DNA of 64,000 bases from Armatimonadota bacterium (GCA_025060455.1 JANXBY010000019.1:1492-65491); one strand, 5' to 3'. Counted from the stretch's first letter, positions 49,767 through 59,208 are shown. Translations and numbers: made by a program. Notes: generated by a model not told the origin, from the sequence alone.

Positions 49767-50420
49767 CTAGCGGGGGTGGGAGTACAGCCAGCGGTAAACG
49801 CCGTAGGACTCGAGGACCCTCCTCACGTAGCCGCGGGTCTCCGAGTAGGGGATGCGCTCCGCGAACTCTTCCTCCCCGAGGGCCCGGAGGGCCGACAATC
49901 GGCGGGCAGCCGCCCGCGTTGTACGCCACCAGAGCCGGCACCAGGTCCCCGCGGAACTCCCGCAACCGCTTCGCCAGGTAGGTGGCTCCCAGCCCCACGT
50001 TCACCAACGGATCTGTGAGGGCCTGCGGGCTCACCGACGGGTCCAGCTCCGGCGCGGCAGAGGGGAGCAGCTGCATGAGTCCCACCGCTCCTGCCCAGGA
50101 CGCCGCATCCGACCGGAAGCGGCTCTCCTCGCGCACCACCGCCAACACCAGCGGCGGATCCACCCCGCGACGCCAGACCACCGCCACACAGCCTCCCGGT
50201 AAGCCAGAGGGTAGCTCGACCTCCACAAGGCGGCGTCCGCGCGGCTTGAACCCGGCCTGCCCGGCGCTGCGGAAGCCTCCGCCACCGCCGCGCTGCCGGC
50301 CAGGTCTCCTGTCTGGGCCCGCGCCCACGCCGCCCCACGCATTCCTCCAGGGGGTACGCAGGACGCTGGACCGCAGCCGCCGCGGCCCGGGTGCGGCAAG
50401 CGCCACCGCCAGAAAGGCGG
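49767..50420 (-). pseudogene. Slt-type lytic transglycosylase, eroded
   Basis: YPLAY / VVREESRF...AVGLMQL...AYNAG / IPYSETRGYVRRV lie in different frames; N-terminal part largely deleted. Confidence 0.8.
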
Positions 50421-52940
50421 TCAGACGGGCAGCCGCTGGGCCGACGTGAGGATGTCGTGCCACGGGTCTCCCCGCTCCCGCAGGCGCGCCGGCACCGTCC
50501 GGGCGTTCCACTGGAGCGGGTCAAAACCCCTCCGCAGCTCTTCCCATGTGACCGGGACGCTCACCGTGGCCTGCGGGGTGGGCCGCAGGCTGTAGGCCGC
50601 AGCCAGGGTCTTGCCCCGCACGTTCTGGTTGTAGTCCAGGAACACCTTGCCCACGCGGTCCCGCACGCGCCACGCCACGGTCAGCAGCTCCGGGTGGCGC
50701 CGGCTCAGCCACCCGCACACCGTCTTGGCGAACGCGTGCGTTTCCCGGTAGGTGTACTCCCGGCGCACCGGCACGAACACGTGCAGCCCCGTCTTGCCCG
50801 AGGTCTTCACGTAAGCCCGCAGCCCCAGCCCCGCCAAAGCCTCCTCCAGCCACAGGGCCGCCTGTCGGGCCGCCTCGAACCCTCGGACGGAAAAGTCCGG
50901 ATCGCTCTCCCGACCCCGGCGACGAAGCCCTTCCCCCTCGGGCACCAGGAACGGGTCCAGGTCGAACACGACGAAGTCCGGGTAGTTGAGGACGCTGCGT
51001 TCTACCGCCTGCTCCGACCCCGAGAACTCCGTGGAGGCCTCCACCCCCGGGATGGGCGTGACCCGGGAGAAGGCCGCGTGCACCTCCACGCAGCCCATCT
51101 GCACCAGCCACAGGAGCGTGGCCTCGTCCTGGCAGACCACCATGGTCACGTCGCGGCGGCCCTGGTCCGACCACACGCGCACCGTGCGCACGAACTGGGG
51201 GGCGTCGGAGGCGTCCTTCTGGAAAAAGTCCGGCCCGTGGATCCCTTCCGGGAACCGGCGGAGGGTGAGGGGGCGGTCCTGGAGGTGGGGCAGGATCCAA
51301 GGGGCCACCGCCCTGTAGTACGCCACCACGTCGCCCTTGGTGAGGCCCGCCTCCGGGAAGTACACCTTGTCCACGTTGCTGAACGCAAAGGGCAGGGCGA
51401 CCTCCGGTGCCCACACGTCTTCCGGGGTGCGATCCTCCCGGACCCGGACGAACACCGGAAACCGCAGCTTCCCGTCCGCGGTGCGACCCGCGTGCTCCAC
51501 CTCCACCACCACCTGCGGCCGTACCCACCGCACGGAATTCGGCACATCCTCGGCCTGCGGGAGGGGACTGGCCTCCACCTGAAGCGGCTCCAGCAGCGCC
51601 CGCAGGTGCCGCACCTCCTCGTCCCGGAACCCTCCACCCACCTGCCCCACGTGCACCAGGCGGCCGGAGGGGTCTCGCTGTGCCAGCACCAGCGCCCCGA
51701 AGGTGGCCTGCCGGTGGCCACGCCCGCGGGTGAACCCCACCACCACCGCTTCCTCTGTCTGCCGGGCTTTCACCTTCCGCCACCGGTCGCTGCGGACCCC
51801 GGGCAGGTAAGGGGAGTCCGCGCGCTTGGCCACCACGCCCTCCAACCCGTGCGCGCGGACCGCGGCAAACAGAGCCCTGCCTTCCCCCCGCACGACCTGC
51901 CCGCGCAGCAGTGGCACCTGCACCGGAATCCCCTCCAGTACCTGGCGACGCTCCTCGAAGGGCCTGGACCGCAGGTCGCGCCCGCCCCAGTACAGCACGT
52001 CGAACACCACGTACCGGACCGGCAGCTCGCGCACCAGCCGATGTACCTCCGAGCTCGTCGTCCGGTGCATCCGCTGCGCCAGCCGGCCGAAGTCGGGGCG
52101 CCCCTGCTCGTCGGGCGCGATCACCTCGCCGTCCAGCACGCACGGGGGAAGGCGCGACAGGGCGTCCGCCACTTCCGGGTAACGGTCCTCCACGCGCCGC
52201 AGGGAACGGCTGAACAGCCGCACCGTGCCTTCGCGAACGAAGGCGAGGGCCCGCAGGCCGTCCCACTTGGGCTCGAAGTACCACCCAGGGTCGTCGAAGG
52301 GTTCGGGAGCGCTGGAAGCCAGCATGGGCGGAAAGGGCTCTGGGAACGGGTCTTCGGCTACCGCGCCGACGGGTGCAGGGTCCGCCCGCCGGATCCCCTC
52401 CACGGTCCGACCGCTGAGTACCGACCGGGTGCCCGAGGGGTCGTAACCGGGCACCGCGTAGGCGTCCTGCGCTTTGAACAGCAGCCAGTCACGGCCTCCG
52501 TGCCGCCGGGTGCGCACCAGGTGGAACTCGCCCCGGAGCTTGTGGCCGTGGAGGACCAAGGTCATCTTGCCGCGCCGGAACGCCTCCGCGGGGTCGCCCT
52601 CGCGGCACTCGTACGTCCCGCGGTCCCACACCATCACCGTGCCTGCGCCGTAGTTTCCCGGGGGGATAACGCCCTCGAAGTCCGCGTACTCCAAAGGGTG
52701 ATCCTCCACCAGGACCGCGAGCCGTTTTACCGCAGGATCCAACGAGGGCCCCTTCGGCACCGCCCACGACCGCAGCACCCCTTCCATCTCGAGCCGGAAG
52801 TCCCAGTGCACGGTGCGGGCGTGGTGCTCCTGGACCACGAACAGGCGTCCACTCTGTTCGGCCACGGTACCCCCTTCTGGTTCCGGGGTGCGTTCGAACC
52901 GGCGCTTCGTGCGGTACGCGCGGAGATTGAGGTGCGCCAC
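50421..52940 (-). CDS. ligD: NHEJ DNA ligase D (phosphoesterase-ligase-polymerase)
   Basis: VQEHHARTVHWDFRLE (PE), EPKWDG and EGVVAK (ligase), FDLDP, KTSGKTGLH and DYNQN (polymerase). Confidence 0.95.
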   Translation of the reverse strand: MAHLNLRAYRTKRRFERTPEPEGGTVAEQSGRLFVVQEHHARTVHWDFRLEMEGVLRSWAVPKGPSLDPAVKRLAVLVEDHPLEYADFEGVIPPGNYGAGTVMVWDRGTYECREGDPAEAFRRGKMTLVLHGHKLRGEFHLVRTRRHGGRDWLLFKAQDAYAVPGYDPSGTRSVLSGRTVEGIRRADPAPVGAVAEDPFPEPFPPMLASSAPEPFDDPGWYFEPKWDGLRALAFVREGTVRLFSRSLRRVEDRYPEVADALSRLPPCVLDGEVIAPDEQGRPDFGRLAQRMHRTTSSEVHRLVRELPVRYVVFDVLYWGGRDLRSRPFEERRQVLEGIPVQVPLLRGQVVRGEGRALFAAVRAHGLEGVVAKRADSPYLPGVRSDRWRKVKARQTEEAVVVGFTRGRGHRQATFGALVLAQRDPSGRLVHVGQVGGGFRDEEVRHLRALLEPLQVEASPLPQAEDVPNSVRWVRPQVVVEVEHAGRTADGKLRFPVFVRVREDRTPEDVWAPEVALPFAFSNVDKVYFPEAGLTKGDVVAYYRAVAPWILPHLQDRPLTLRRFPEGIHGPDFFQKDASDAPQFVRTVRVWSDQGRRDVTMVVCQDEATLLWLVQMGCVEVHAAFSRVTPIPGVEASTEFSGSEQAVERSVLNYPDFVVFDLDPFLVPEGEGLRRRGRESDPDFSVRGFEAARQAALWLEEALAGLGLRAYVKTSGKTGLHVFVPVRREYTYRETHAFAKTVCGWLSRRHPELLTVAWRVRDRVGKVFLDYNQNVRGKTLAAAYSLRPTPQATVSVPVTWEELRRGFDPLQWNARTVPARLRERGDPWHDILTSAQRLPV

Positions 52941-52982
52941 GGTTCAGTGTAGCCCTCGGGAGGGGCGCTGGGGGCCCGATCC

Positions 52983-53945
52983 TCAGCCGGGGCGCACCGG
53001 TTCCACGTCTGGCGGGTAGCGCAGCGGCGGGAGCTGCGACTCGATCCGTGCCCGGTACGGCTCCAGCCAGGGAGGCAGCACGAGGGAGGAGCCGAGCCGG
53101 TCCACCTCCTCGTCCACTGCGAACCCCGGACCGTCCGTGGCCAGCTCGAACAGCACGCCTCCCGGCTCGCGGAAGTACACGGACTTGAACCAGAACCGAT
53201 CCACGGGGGGCGTGGGGTTTCTCCCCGCCCAGCTGACCCGCCGCCTCACCTGCGCCTGGTGTGCGTCGTCCCGCACCCGCCAGGCCAGGTGGTGCACGCC
53301 GCCCACGCCCCACCGTCCGGGTTCCCCCAAGGGGTCCTCCTGCACGTCCAGCCAGCAGCCCGAGCCTCCCGGCCCCGCGGCGAAGCGCACCCAGCTGCCC
53401 TCCTCCGCCACCCGGCGGAAGCCCAGCACGTCCGTGAGGAACTGCTCCGTGGGTCCCAGAAAAGCCACCCGCACGGTGGCCGCGTGCAGCCCCCGCACCT
53501 GCCACGAGGCCGGAACCGGGCTTTCCTCCCACGGCACGAAGGGCCGGTCCTGGACCTCCACCAGCCGCAGGGGAAGGCCGTCGGGGTCAGCAGCCACGAG
53601 CGCGCGCTCTCCGAACCGCACCTCCTCCCCCCGCAGCGCCACGCCGAACCACCGAAGCCGCTCAGCCCAAAACCCCAGGCTTCCGTGGGGGACCGCCAGG
53701 GCCACCTCCACCGCCAGTCCCACACCCTGCCGGGCAGGAGGTAGGTCCGGCCACGGGAAAAAGGTCAGGTCGGTCCCGGGGCTACCGTGCCCGTCCGCAT
53801 AAAACAGGTGGTACGTGCCCGGGTCATCCTGGTTCACGCTGCGCTTCACCAGCCGAAGACCCAGGACGCCCGCGTAGAAGTCCACGTTGGCCTGCGGGTC
53901 CCGGGCGATGCAGGTGATGTGGTGAAGCCCTCCGACCGCTTCCAC
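52983..53945 (-). CDS. Ring-cleaving dioxygenase / two-domain VOC protein (MhqO-like)
   Basis: GLHHIT, SVNQDDPGTYHLFY, GVHHLAWR and DRFWFKSVYFREPGGVLFELATD motifs. Confidence 0.92.
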   Translation of the reverse strand: MEAVGGLHHITCIARDPQANVDFYAGVLGLRLVKRSVNQDDPGTYHLFYADGHGSPGTDLTFFPWPDLPPARQGVGLAVEVALAVPHGSLGFWAERLRWFGVALRGEEVRFGERALVAADPDGLPLRLVEVQDRPFVPWEESPVPASWQVRGLHAATVRVAFLGPTEQFLTDVLGFRRVAEEGSWVRFAAGPGGSGCWLDVQEDPLGEPGRWGVGGVHHLAWRVRDDAHQAQVRRRVSWAGRNPTPPVDRFWFKSVYFREPGGVLFELATDGPGFAVDEEVDRLGSSLVLPPWLEPYRARIESQLPPLRYPPDVEPVRPG

Positions 53946-53958
53946 CGCTCCCTCCCGT

Positions 53959-54687
53959 TCAGCAGGCCGGAGACGCTTCCCGCGCACACAGCTGCATCAG
54001 GGCACGCGCGAACTTGACCGCCTCCGGCCCCGTGTCGTGGGTGAAGTAACAGAACACCTGCGAGACCGGAGCCTCCCGCAGTCTCTGAGCCCACGCCAGC
54101 AACTCGTCGCGTCCGTATCGCAGGCGGTGCAGCCTCAGGTACCCGAAGGGAGCTGTCCACACCACGGGGTCGCAGCCCTCCTCGTCCTCCGCGGCGCACA
54201 GGGCCACCCGGTACCGCCGCAGCCGCTCATAGGTGTCCTCCTGGAACCACGAGGGGTGGCGGAACTCCAACGCCACCCGCGGGAAGGGCGGCAGGCTCGC
54301 CAGGAAGTCCTCCAGTAGCTCCGGGTCCCTCCGCAGGGACGGCGGGCACTGGAACAGCACCACCGCCAGGTGGCTCCCCAGCGCCTCCAGGCGTTCGGCG
54401 GTCCACCGCAGCTCGGAGTCCACCCGGTGCAGCCGCTTGAGGTGCGTGATGCGCCGGTGGGCCTTGACCGCGAACTGGAAGCCCGCGGGGGTCTGTTCCG
54501 CCCACGCCCGCAGGGTGGCTTCCGGGGGCATCCGGTAGAAGGTGGCGTTCACCTCCACCGTGGGCAACTGGGCGGCGTAGTACTGCAGGAACCTGTCCTC
54601 GGGTAGGTCCTGGGGGTAAAACCGCCCCCGCCACTCCGGGAAGGCAAACCCGGAAGTTCCCGCCAGCACCTGTGGCCGTGGGTCCAC
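53959..54687 (-). CDS. DUF72 family protein
   Basis: GTSGF, VEVNATFYR, FQCPPS, EFRHPSW and YLRLH motifs. Confidence 0.9.
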   Translation of the reverse strand: MDPRPQVLAGTSGFAFPEWRGRFYPQDLPEDRFLQYYAAQLPTVEVNATFYRMPPEATLRAWAEQTPAGFQFAVKAHRRITHLKRLHRVDSELRWTAERLEALGSHLAVVLFQCPPSLRRDPELLEDFLASLPPFPRVALEFRHPSWFQEDTYERLRRYRVALCAAEDEEGCDPVVWTAPFGYLRLHRLRYGRDELLAWAQRLREAPVSQVFCYFTHDTGPEAVKFARALMQLCAREASPAC

Positions 54688-54704
54688 GTCTCTGGCCGCG
54701 CGGC

Positions 54705-55544
54705 TCACTTGTGGCGTTCCCGCATGGCGGCCACCCGCTTGGGCGGCGGGGAGCCCTCCACCCGCCGGGCGCGCTGCTGCTTGGCCATCTCCAGGCTGCG
54801 GCGCAGCGCCTCCATGAGGTCCACCACCTTTTCCTCCGCGGGCGGCGCCGCCTGTGGGGGCGGGGCACCCTCCGCCTTCGCCCGGATCACCCGTAACAGG
54901 GCCTCCCGGTACTCGTCCCGGTACTCCCCTGGGTGGAACTCCATGGTCATCCCTTCCACCAGCTGCACCGCCATCTTGCGTTCGTTGGGGTGCACCTTGA
55001 CCTCCAAGGGGAACTCCGGGAGGTCTGAAACCGCCCGGATCTCGTCCGGGTAGTACAGCACCTCCATGACCAAGGTGTCCCCGTACGGGCGCAAGGCCAC
55101 CAGGTGTTCCTTCTCCCGCAACGCCACCTTGCCTACACCCACTCGCCCGGAGGACGCCAGGGCCTCCTGCAGGAGCTTGAACGCCTTCGCGCCACCCACG
55201 TCGGGCGCCAGGTAGTACGCCCGCTCGTAGTACAGGGGGTCGATGTCCTGCAGCTGCACGAATCCGAACAGGTCCACGGTGCCCTTCGTGGGCAGGGGCA
55301 CGGACTGCAGGTCCTCGTCGGTGACCGGGACGAACCGTCCCTTCTCGTACTCGTACCCGCGCACCACCTCGTCCCACTCCACGTCCCGCCCGCAGCGGGG
55401 GCAGCGCCGCACCTGCTTGATGGGCGTCAGACAGGCCGCGTGCAGCTGCCGGAACCGAACGTCCTTGGCCTCCTGGGCCACGTACACCCGCACGGGGATC
55501 GTGACCAGGCCGAAGGCAATGTGCCCCTTCCAGATCGGACGCAT
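54705..55544 (-). CDS. ku: NHEJ Ku protein
   Basis: WKGHIAFGLVTIPV, GYEYEKG, YRDEY and VVDLMEALRRS motifs. Confidence 0.96.
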   Translation of the reverse strand: MRPIWKGHIAFGLVTIPVRVYVAQEAKDVRFRQLHAACLTPIKQVRRCPRCGRDVEWDEVVRGYEYEKGRFVPVTDEDLQSVPLPTKGTVDLFGFVQLQDIDPLYYERAYYLAPDVGGAKAFKLLQEALASSGRVGVGKVALREKEHLVALRPYGDTLVMEVLYYPDEIRAVSDLPEFPLEVKVHPNERKMAVQLVEGMTMEFHPGEYRDEYREALLRVIRAKAEGAPPPQAAPPAEEKVVDLMEALRRSLEMAKQQRARRVEGSPPPKRVAAMRERHK

Positions 55545-55577
55545 GCGCAGCTCCCCGGCAGGCACCTACCCGCACGT

Positions 55578-56522
55578 CTATGGTACGTCCTGGCGTCCAG
55601 CCCGTCCGTACTCCCGGAACCACGCCACCGTGCGGGCGATGCCCTCCTCGAGGGGCACGCGGGGCCGCCACCCGAGCACCTGTTCGGCCCGGGTGCAGTC
55701 CAGGGCGATCCTTCGCACGTCACCCGGACGCGGGGGCCCGTAGCGGGGTTCCCCCTCGTACCCTGTGGCCTGACGCAGCAGGTCGAAGATCCGACGGGTG
55801 GAGGTCTCCACCCCGGTGCCCACATTAAACACTCCCGCCGCGTCCGCCTCCAGGGCAAGCCGGTTGGCCCGTGCCACGTCCTCCACGTACACGTAGTCCC
55901 GCGTGTGGAGTCCGTCCCCGAAGATGACGGGCTGTCGGCCGTGCAGCATGGCCACGCAGAAGATGGCCACCACCCCCGCCTCACCGTACGGGTCCTGCCG
56001 CGGGCCGTAGACGTTGCCGTAGCGCAGGCTCACCCACCGGAGCCCGTGCAGGCGGCCGTACACGGCGAGGTGGTGCTCCGCGCACAGCTTGTGCACCCCG
56101 TACGGGCTCAAAGGACGCGCCGGGTGGTTCTCGGAAACCGGGACCACCTCCGGTTCGCCGTAGATGGCGCCCCCGGTGCTGGCGAACAACACCCGGCCCA
56201 CCCCGTAGCGCACGCAGCACTCCAGCAACTGAAGGGTCCCCAGTACGTTCACCCGGGCGTCGTGCAGGGGGTCCCGGACGGAGACTGCCACCGAGGCTTG
56301 CGCGGCGTGGTGGCACACCACCTCCGGCCGCTCCTGCTGGAACACCTCCTCCAGCTGCGGGCTCGCCACGTCCACCCGGTAGAGGGGCACCCCCGGAGGC
56401 ACGAACTGCGCACGCCCGCCCTCCAGGGTATCCACCACCGCCACCCGGTGGCCTGCCTGGCGCAACGCCGCCACCACATGCGACCCGATGAAACCCGCTC
56501 CGCCGGTCACCAGGACCCGCAC
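55578..56522 (-). CDS. NAD-dependent epimerase/dehydratase (UDP-glucose 4-epimerase-like)
   Basis: TGGAGFIG, STGGAIYG, YGVHK (YxxxK) and NVYGPRQDP motifs. Confidence 0.93.
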   Translation of the reverse strand: MRVLVTGGAGFIGSHVVAALRQAGHRVAVVDTLEGGRAQFVPPGVPLYRVDVASPQLEEVFQQERPEVVCHHAAQASVAVSVRDPLHDARVNVLGTLQLLECCVRYGVGRVLFASTGGAIYGEPEVVPVSENHPARPLSPYGVHKLCAEHHLAVYGRLHGLRWVSLRYGNVYGPRQDPYGEAGVVAIFCVAMLHGRQPVIFGDGLHTRDYVYVEDVARANRLALEADAAGVFNVGTGVETSTRRIFDLLRQATGYEGEPRYGPPRPGDVRRIALDCTRAEQVLGWRPRVPLEEGIARTVAWFREYGRAGRQDVP

Positions 56523-56612
56523 CGACGCCTCCCACGAGGACTCCCGCGTCCTCCGCCAGAATACTCTTTCAACCTTCGCGAAACCCGCGCGGCCTCCTGG
56601 GCAGCTGGCGGG

Positions 56613-57206
56613 GTGTCCGTGGACCGGGACGAGCACGCGTACGCGCTCTTCCGGCAGGCGCTGGTGGATGGCGATCCGGACGCCTGGCGGGAGCTGTACG
56701 CCCGCTACGAGAACCTGGTGGCCGCCTGGGTCCGGCGTCACCCCGGGTTCCTCCAGACCGGCGAGACGGTGGCCTACTTCGTCAACCGGGCTTTTGACCG
56801 CCTGTACACCGCCGTGGGCCGGGAGAAGTTCGCACGGTTTCCCAACGCGGGCAGCCTCCTCCGCTACCTGAAGATGTGCGTGCACGCCGCCATCCTGGAC
56901 GCCGTTCGGCAGCAAGAGCGACGTGCCTTCGAAGAGCCGTCCCGCGTCAGCGAAGCCGCGGACCCGGAGGCGGAAGCGGTGGCCAACCTGGAGCGGGAGG
57001 AGCTGTGGGCGGTGGTCCAGTCCGCGGTGCGGGACGAGCGGGAGCGGATCCTGGTGTACGAGTGCTTCGTGTGTGGCGCCACACCTCAGCAGCTGCACCG
57101 CCGCCACCCGCAGCTGTTCCCTTCCACCGAAGCGGTGTACCTGGCCAAAAGAAGCCTCCTCCAGCGGCTGCGCCGCCACCCGCGCATCCAGGCGCTCCAT
57201 GGATAG
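56613..57206 (+). CDS. ECF-like sigma-70 family factor
   Basis: GDPDAWRELYARY (region 2.1-like), LLRYLKMCVHAAILDAVR (region 2), C-terminal HTH-like segment; start 56613 or 56619. Confidence 0.7.
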   Translation: MSVDRDEHAYALFRQALVDGDPDAWRELYARYENLVAAWVRRHPGFLQTGETVAYFVNRAFDRLYTAVGREKFARFPNAGSLLRYLKMCVHAAILDAVRQQERRAFEEPSRVSEAADPEAEAVANLEREELWAVVQSAVRDERERILVYECFVCGATPQQLHRRHPQLFPSTEAVYLAKRSLLQRLRRHPRIQALHG

Positions 57207-57257
57207 AGGGGTAGGCCCCAGACCTGAAGCCGGGTTGTGAACCCCTTTGCGGCTGCC

Positions 57258-57292
57258 AAAAAGCCAGCGGCGGCCGCGAGGGCCGCCGCTGG
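57258..57292 (-). terminator. Intrinsic terminator
   Basis: 12 bp stem CCAGCGGCGGCC/GGCCGCCGCTGG followed by TTTTT on the minus strand. Confidence 0.75.
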
Positions 57293-57342
57293 TGGGGGGT
57301 GGGGCATCACCCTCGGCCGGGGGAGCCGAGGGGTGGGGTGGC

Positions 57343-57720
57343 CTAGGTTTGGGCAACTGCGGGCTGCACGGCCGCCGGACGCGCCGGCGCCTCAGCCCGA
57401 GCCCGTGCGCGCTGCGCCCGCATCTGCTGGATATGTTCGTACAGCGCCACCAGCTTCAGCAGCCACGCGTTCTCCTGTAGCGCCCGTCGGTGGGCGTCCA
57501 GACCGTCCCGCGCCAACCGCTTGGCACCGTCCAGGACCGCCCGGTGCTCACCGCGGTACGCGGCGTGGGCGGAGGCGTACTGTGCCAACTCGTGGCGAAC
57601 CCGGGCCCGGCGGCGGCGCTCGCCGTCCAGCACCCTCCGGTAGTCCCGTCGGTGGTCCTCCCGAGCCGCCACCATCTCCCTCCGGACCTCCCACAACGCT
57701 TCGCGGTGCACGCGCAGCAT
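57343..57720 (-). CDS. Hypothetical Arg/Ala/His-rich helical protein (125 aa)
   Basis: GGAGG RBS 5 nt before ATG 57720; upstream promoter and downstream terminator. Confidence 0.55.
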   Translation of the reverse strand: MLRVHREALWEVRREMVAAREDHRRDYRRVLDGERRRRARVRHELAQYASAHAAYRGEHRAVLDGAKRLARDGLDAHRRALQENAWLLKLVALYEHIQQMRAQRARARAEAPARPAAVQPAVAQT

Positions 57721-57843
57721 CGCTTCCTCCAACAGCGGAGCCGGCTGCCCGACTCCCTCATCGGGTGCCGGCCCTGTTCCGCTCCACAAACGCCGACGCG
57801 GTCCCGGCGGCCTCCGTGTCCGCCGAGCACCGCGTCCGCTGTC

Positions 57844-57871
57844 ATCGTACCATGGGTTGCCTGCACGTCAA
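57844..57871 (-). promoter_or_regulatory. Sigma-70-type promoter TTGACG-N16-TACGAT (with TG extension)
   Basis: Near-consensus -35 and -10 in the intergenic region. Confidence 0.6.
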
Positions 57872-57915
57872 CCTTCTTGGGCTAGAACCTTTCGATGGAA
57901 TGTCCGGGGTGCGTT

Positions 57916-59187
57916 CTATGGGTCTGGAAGGGCGCCGGCGGCGCACACCGCCCCGTACACGGACGCGGAGGGACGCGGCCGGCGGCGCTGCGACGCGGGG
58001 TCCACGGCGAACAGGCCGAACTTCATGCGCCAGCCCTCCGTCCACTCGAAGTTGTCCACCAACGACCAGTGGTAGTACCCGAGCACCGGAATACCCTCCT
58101 CCACCGCCCGGTGCACGCAGGCCAGGTGGTCCAGCAGGAACCGGGGCCGCCAGCGGTCCTCCGCGTCCGGGAGCCCGTTTTCCGTCACGTACACGGGCCT
58201 TCGGTAGCGCCGCCACGCCTCCCGCAACACCCGCAGCAACCCTTCGGGGTACAGCTCCCCGTAGCCGAAGTCGCTGGTGGGCGCTCCCGGAGTCGGCCGG
58301 TGCAACCCGAAGCCCAGGTGGGGTGCCCCCGGGCTGAACCGCACGCGGTCGCGCGTGTAGTAGTTGACGCCCACGAAGTCCAGGGTGGCCGCGCACTCCG
58401 GGATCCTCCCCAGCACCCACCGACCGCGCGCCCGGCCTCGCTGCAGGACGTCCAACCACGCCCAGTTGAACCACTCGCTGTGCCAGCGGGCTACCCACCG
58501 GTCCAGGGGGTTTTGGGGCCGGAGCGGGTCCATGGGACGCAGGTGGTGGGCGATCCCCACCCGCGCGTGGGGCTGCAACTCATGAACCGCGTGGTAGGCG
58601 GCCGCGTGGGCCCGCAGCAGGTGCCGGGCCGCCACCACGGCCCTGCGCAGGCTCCGCACGGCCGGCGGGTGTCGGCCCTGCAGGTAGCCCAGCACCACCA
58701 CCAGGTTGGGCTCGTTGACTGTCACCCACACGTCCACCAGGTCTCCGAACCACTCCGCGCACCGCCGCGCGTGGGTGCGGAACCACTCCACCGCGTCGGG
58801 GTTCTCCCACCCTCCCGCCTGAGCCACCCACAGGGGCAACGTGAAGTGGTGCAGCGTCACCATCGGTTCGAGGCCACGGTCCCTCAGTCCCAGCAGCATC
58901 TGGCGGTAGCGGCGCACCGCGGCCTCGTCCACCCTTCCCAGCTCGGGTTCCAGCCGGCTCCACTCCACCGACATGCGGTGGGCGGTGAGGTGGAGCGCCA
59001 CCATGCGGTCGAAGTCCGCCTCGGCATGCCGCCACCAGTCGCACGCCCGGCCGGACCGGTGGCCGCCGTAAATGCGGCCCGGGTGTTGCTCGAAGGCCCA
59101 CCAGTCGTTGTGGCGGTTGCAGCCCTCCACCTGGTGGGCGCTGGTGGCCGTGCCCCACCGGAAGCCCCTCGGGAAGCGCCGCGCCAC
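57916..59187 (-). CDS. Glycoside hydrolase family 1 (beta-glucosidase-like)
   Basis: WGTATSAHQVEG, TVNEP, VTENG and WSLVDNFEW motifs. Confidence 0.95.
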   Translation of the reverse strand: MARRFPRGFRWGTATSAHQVEGCNRHNDWWAFEQHPGRIYGGHRSGRACDWWRHAEADFDRMVALHLTAHRMSVEWSRLEPELGRVDEAAVRRYRQMLLGLRDRGLEPMVTLHHFTLPLWVAQAGGWENPDAVEWFRTHARRCAEWFGDLVDVWVTVNEPNLVVVLGYLQGRHPPAVRSLRRAVVAARHLLRAHAAAYHAVHELQPHARVGIAHHLRPMDPLRPQNPLDRWVARWHSEWFNWAWLDVLQRGRARGRWVLGRIPECAATLDFVGVNYYTRDRVRFSPGAPHLGFGLHRPTPGAPTSDFGYGELYPEGLLRVLREAWRRYRRPVYVTENGLPDAEDRWRPRFLLDHLACVHRAVEEGIPVLGYYHWSLVDNFEWTEGWRMKFGLFAVDPASQRRRPRPSASVYGAVCAAGALPDP

Positions 59188-59208
59188 GGGGTGCGCCTTT
59201 GGCCGCGT

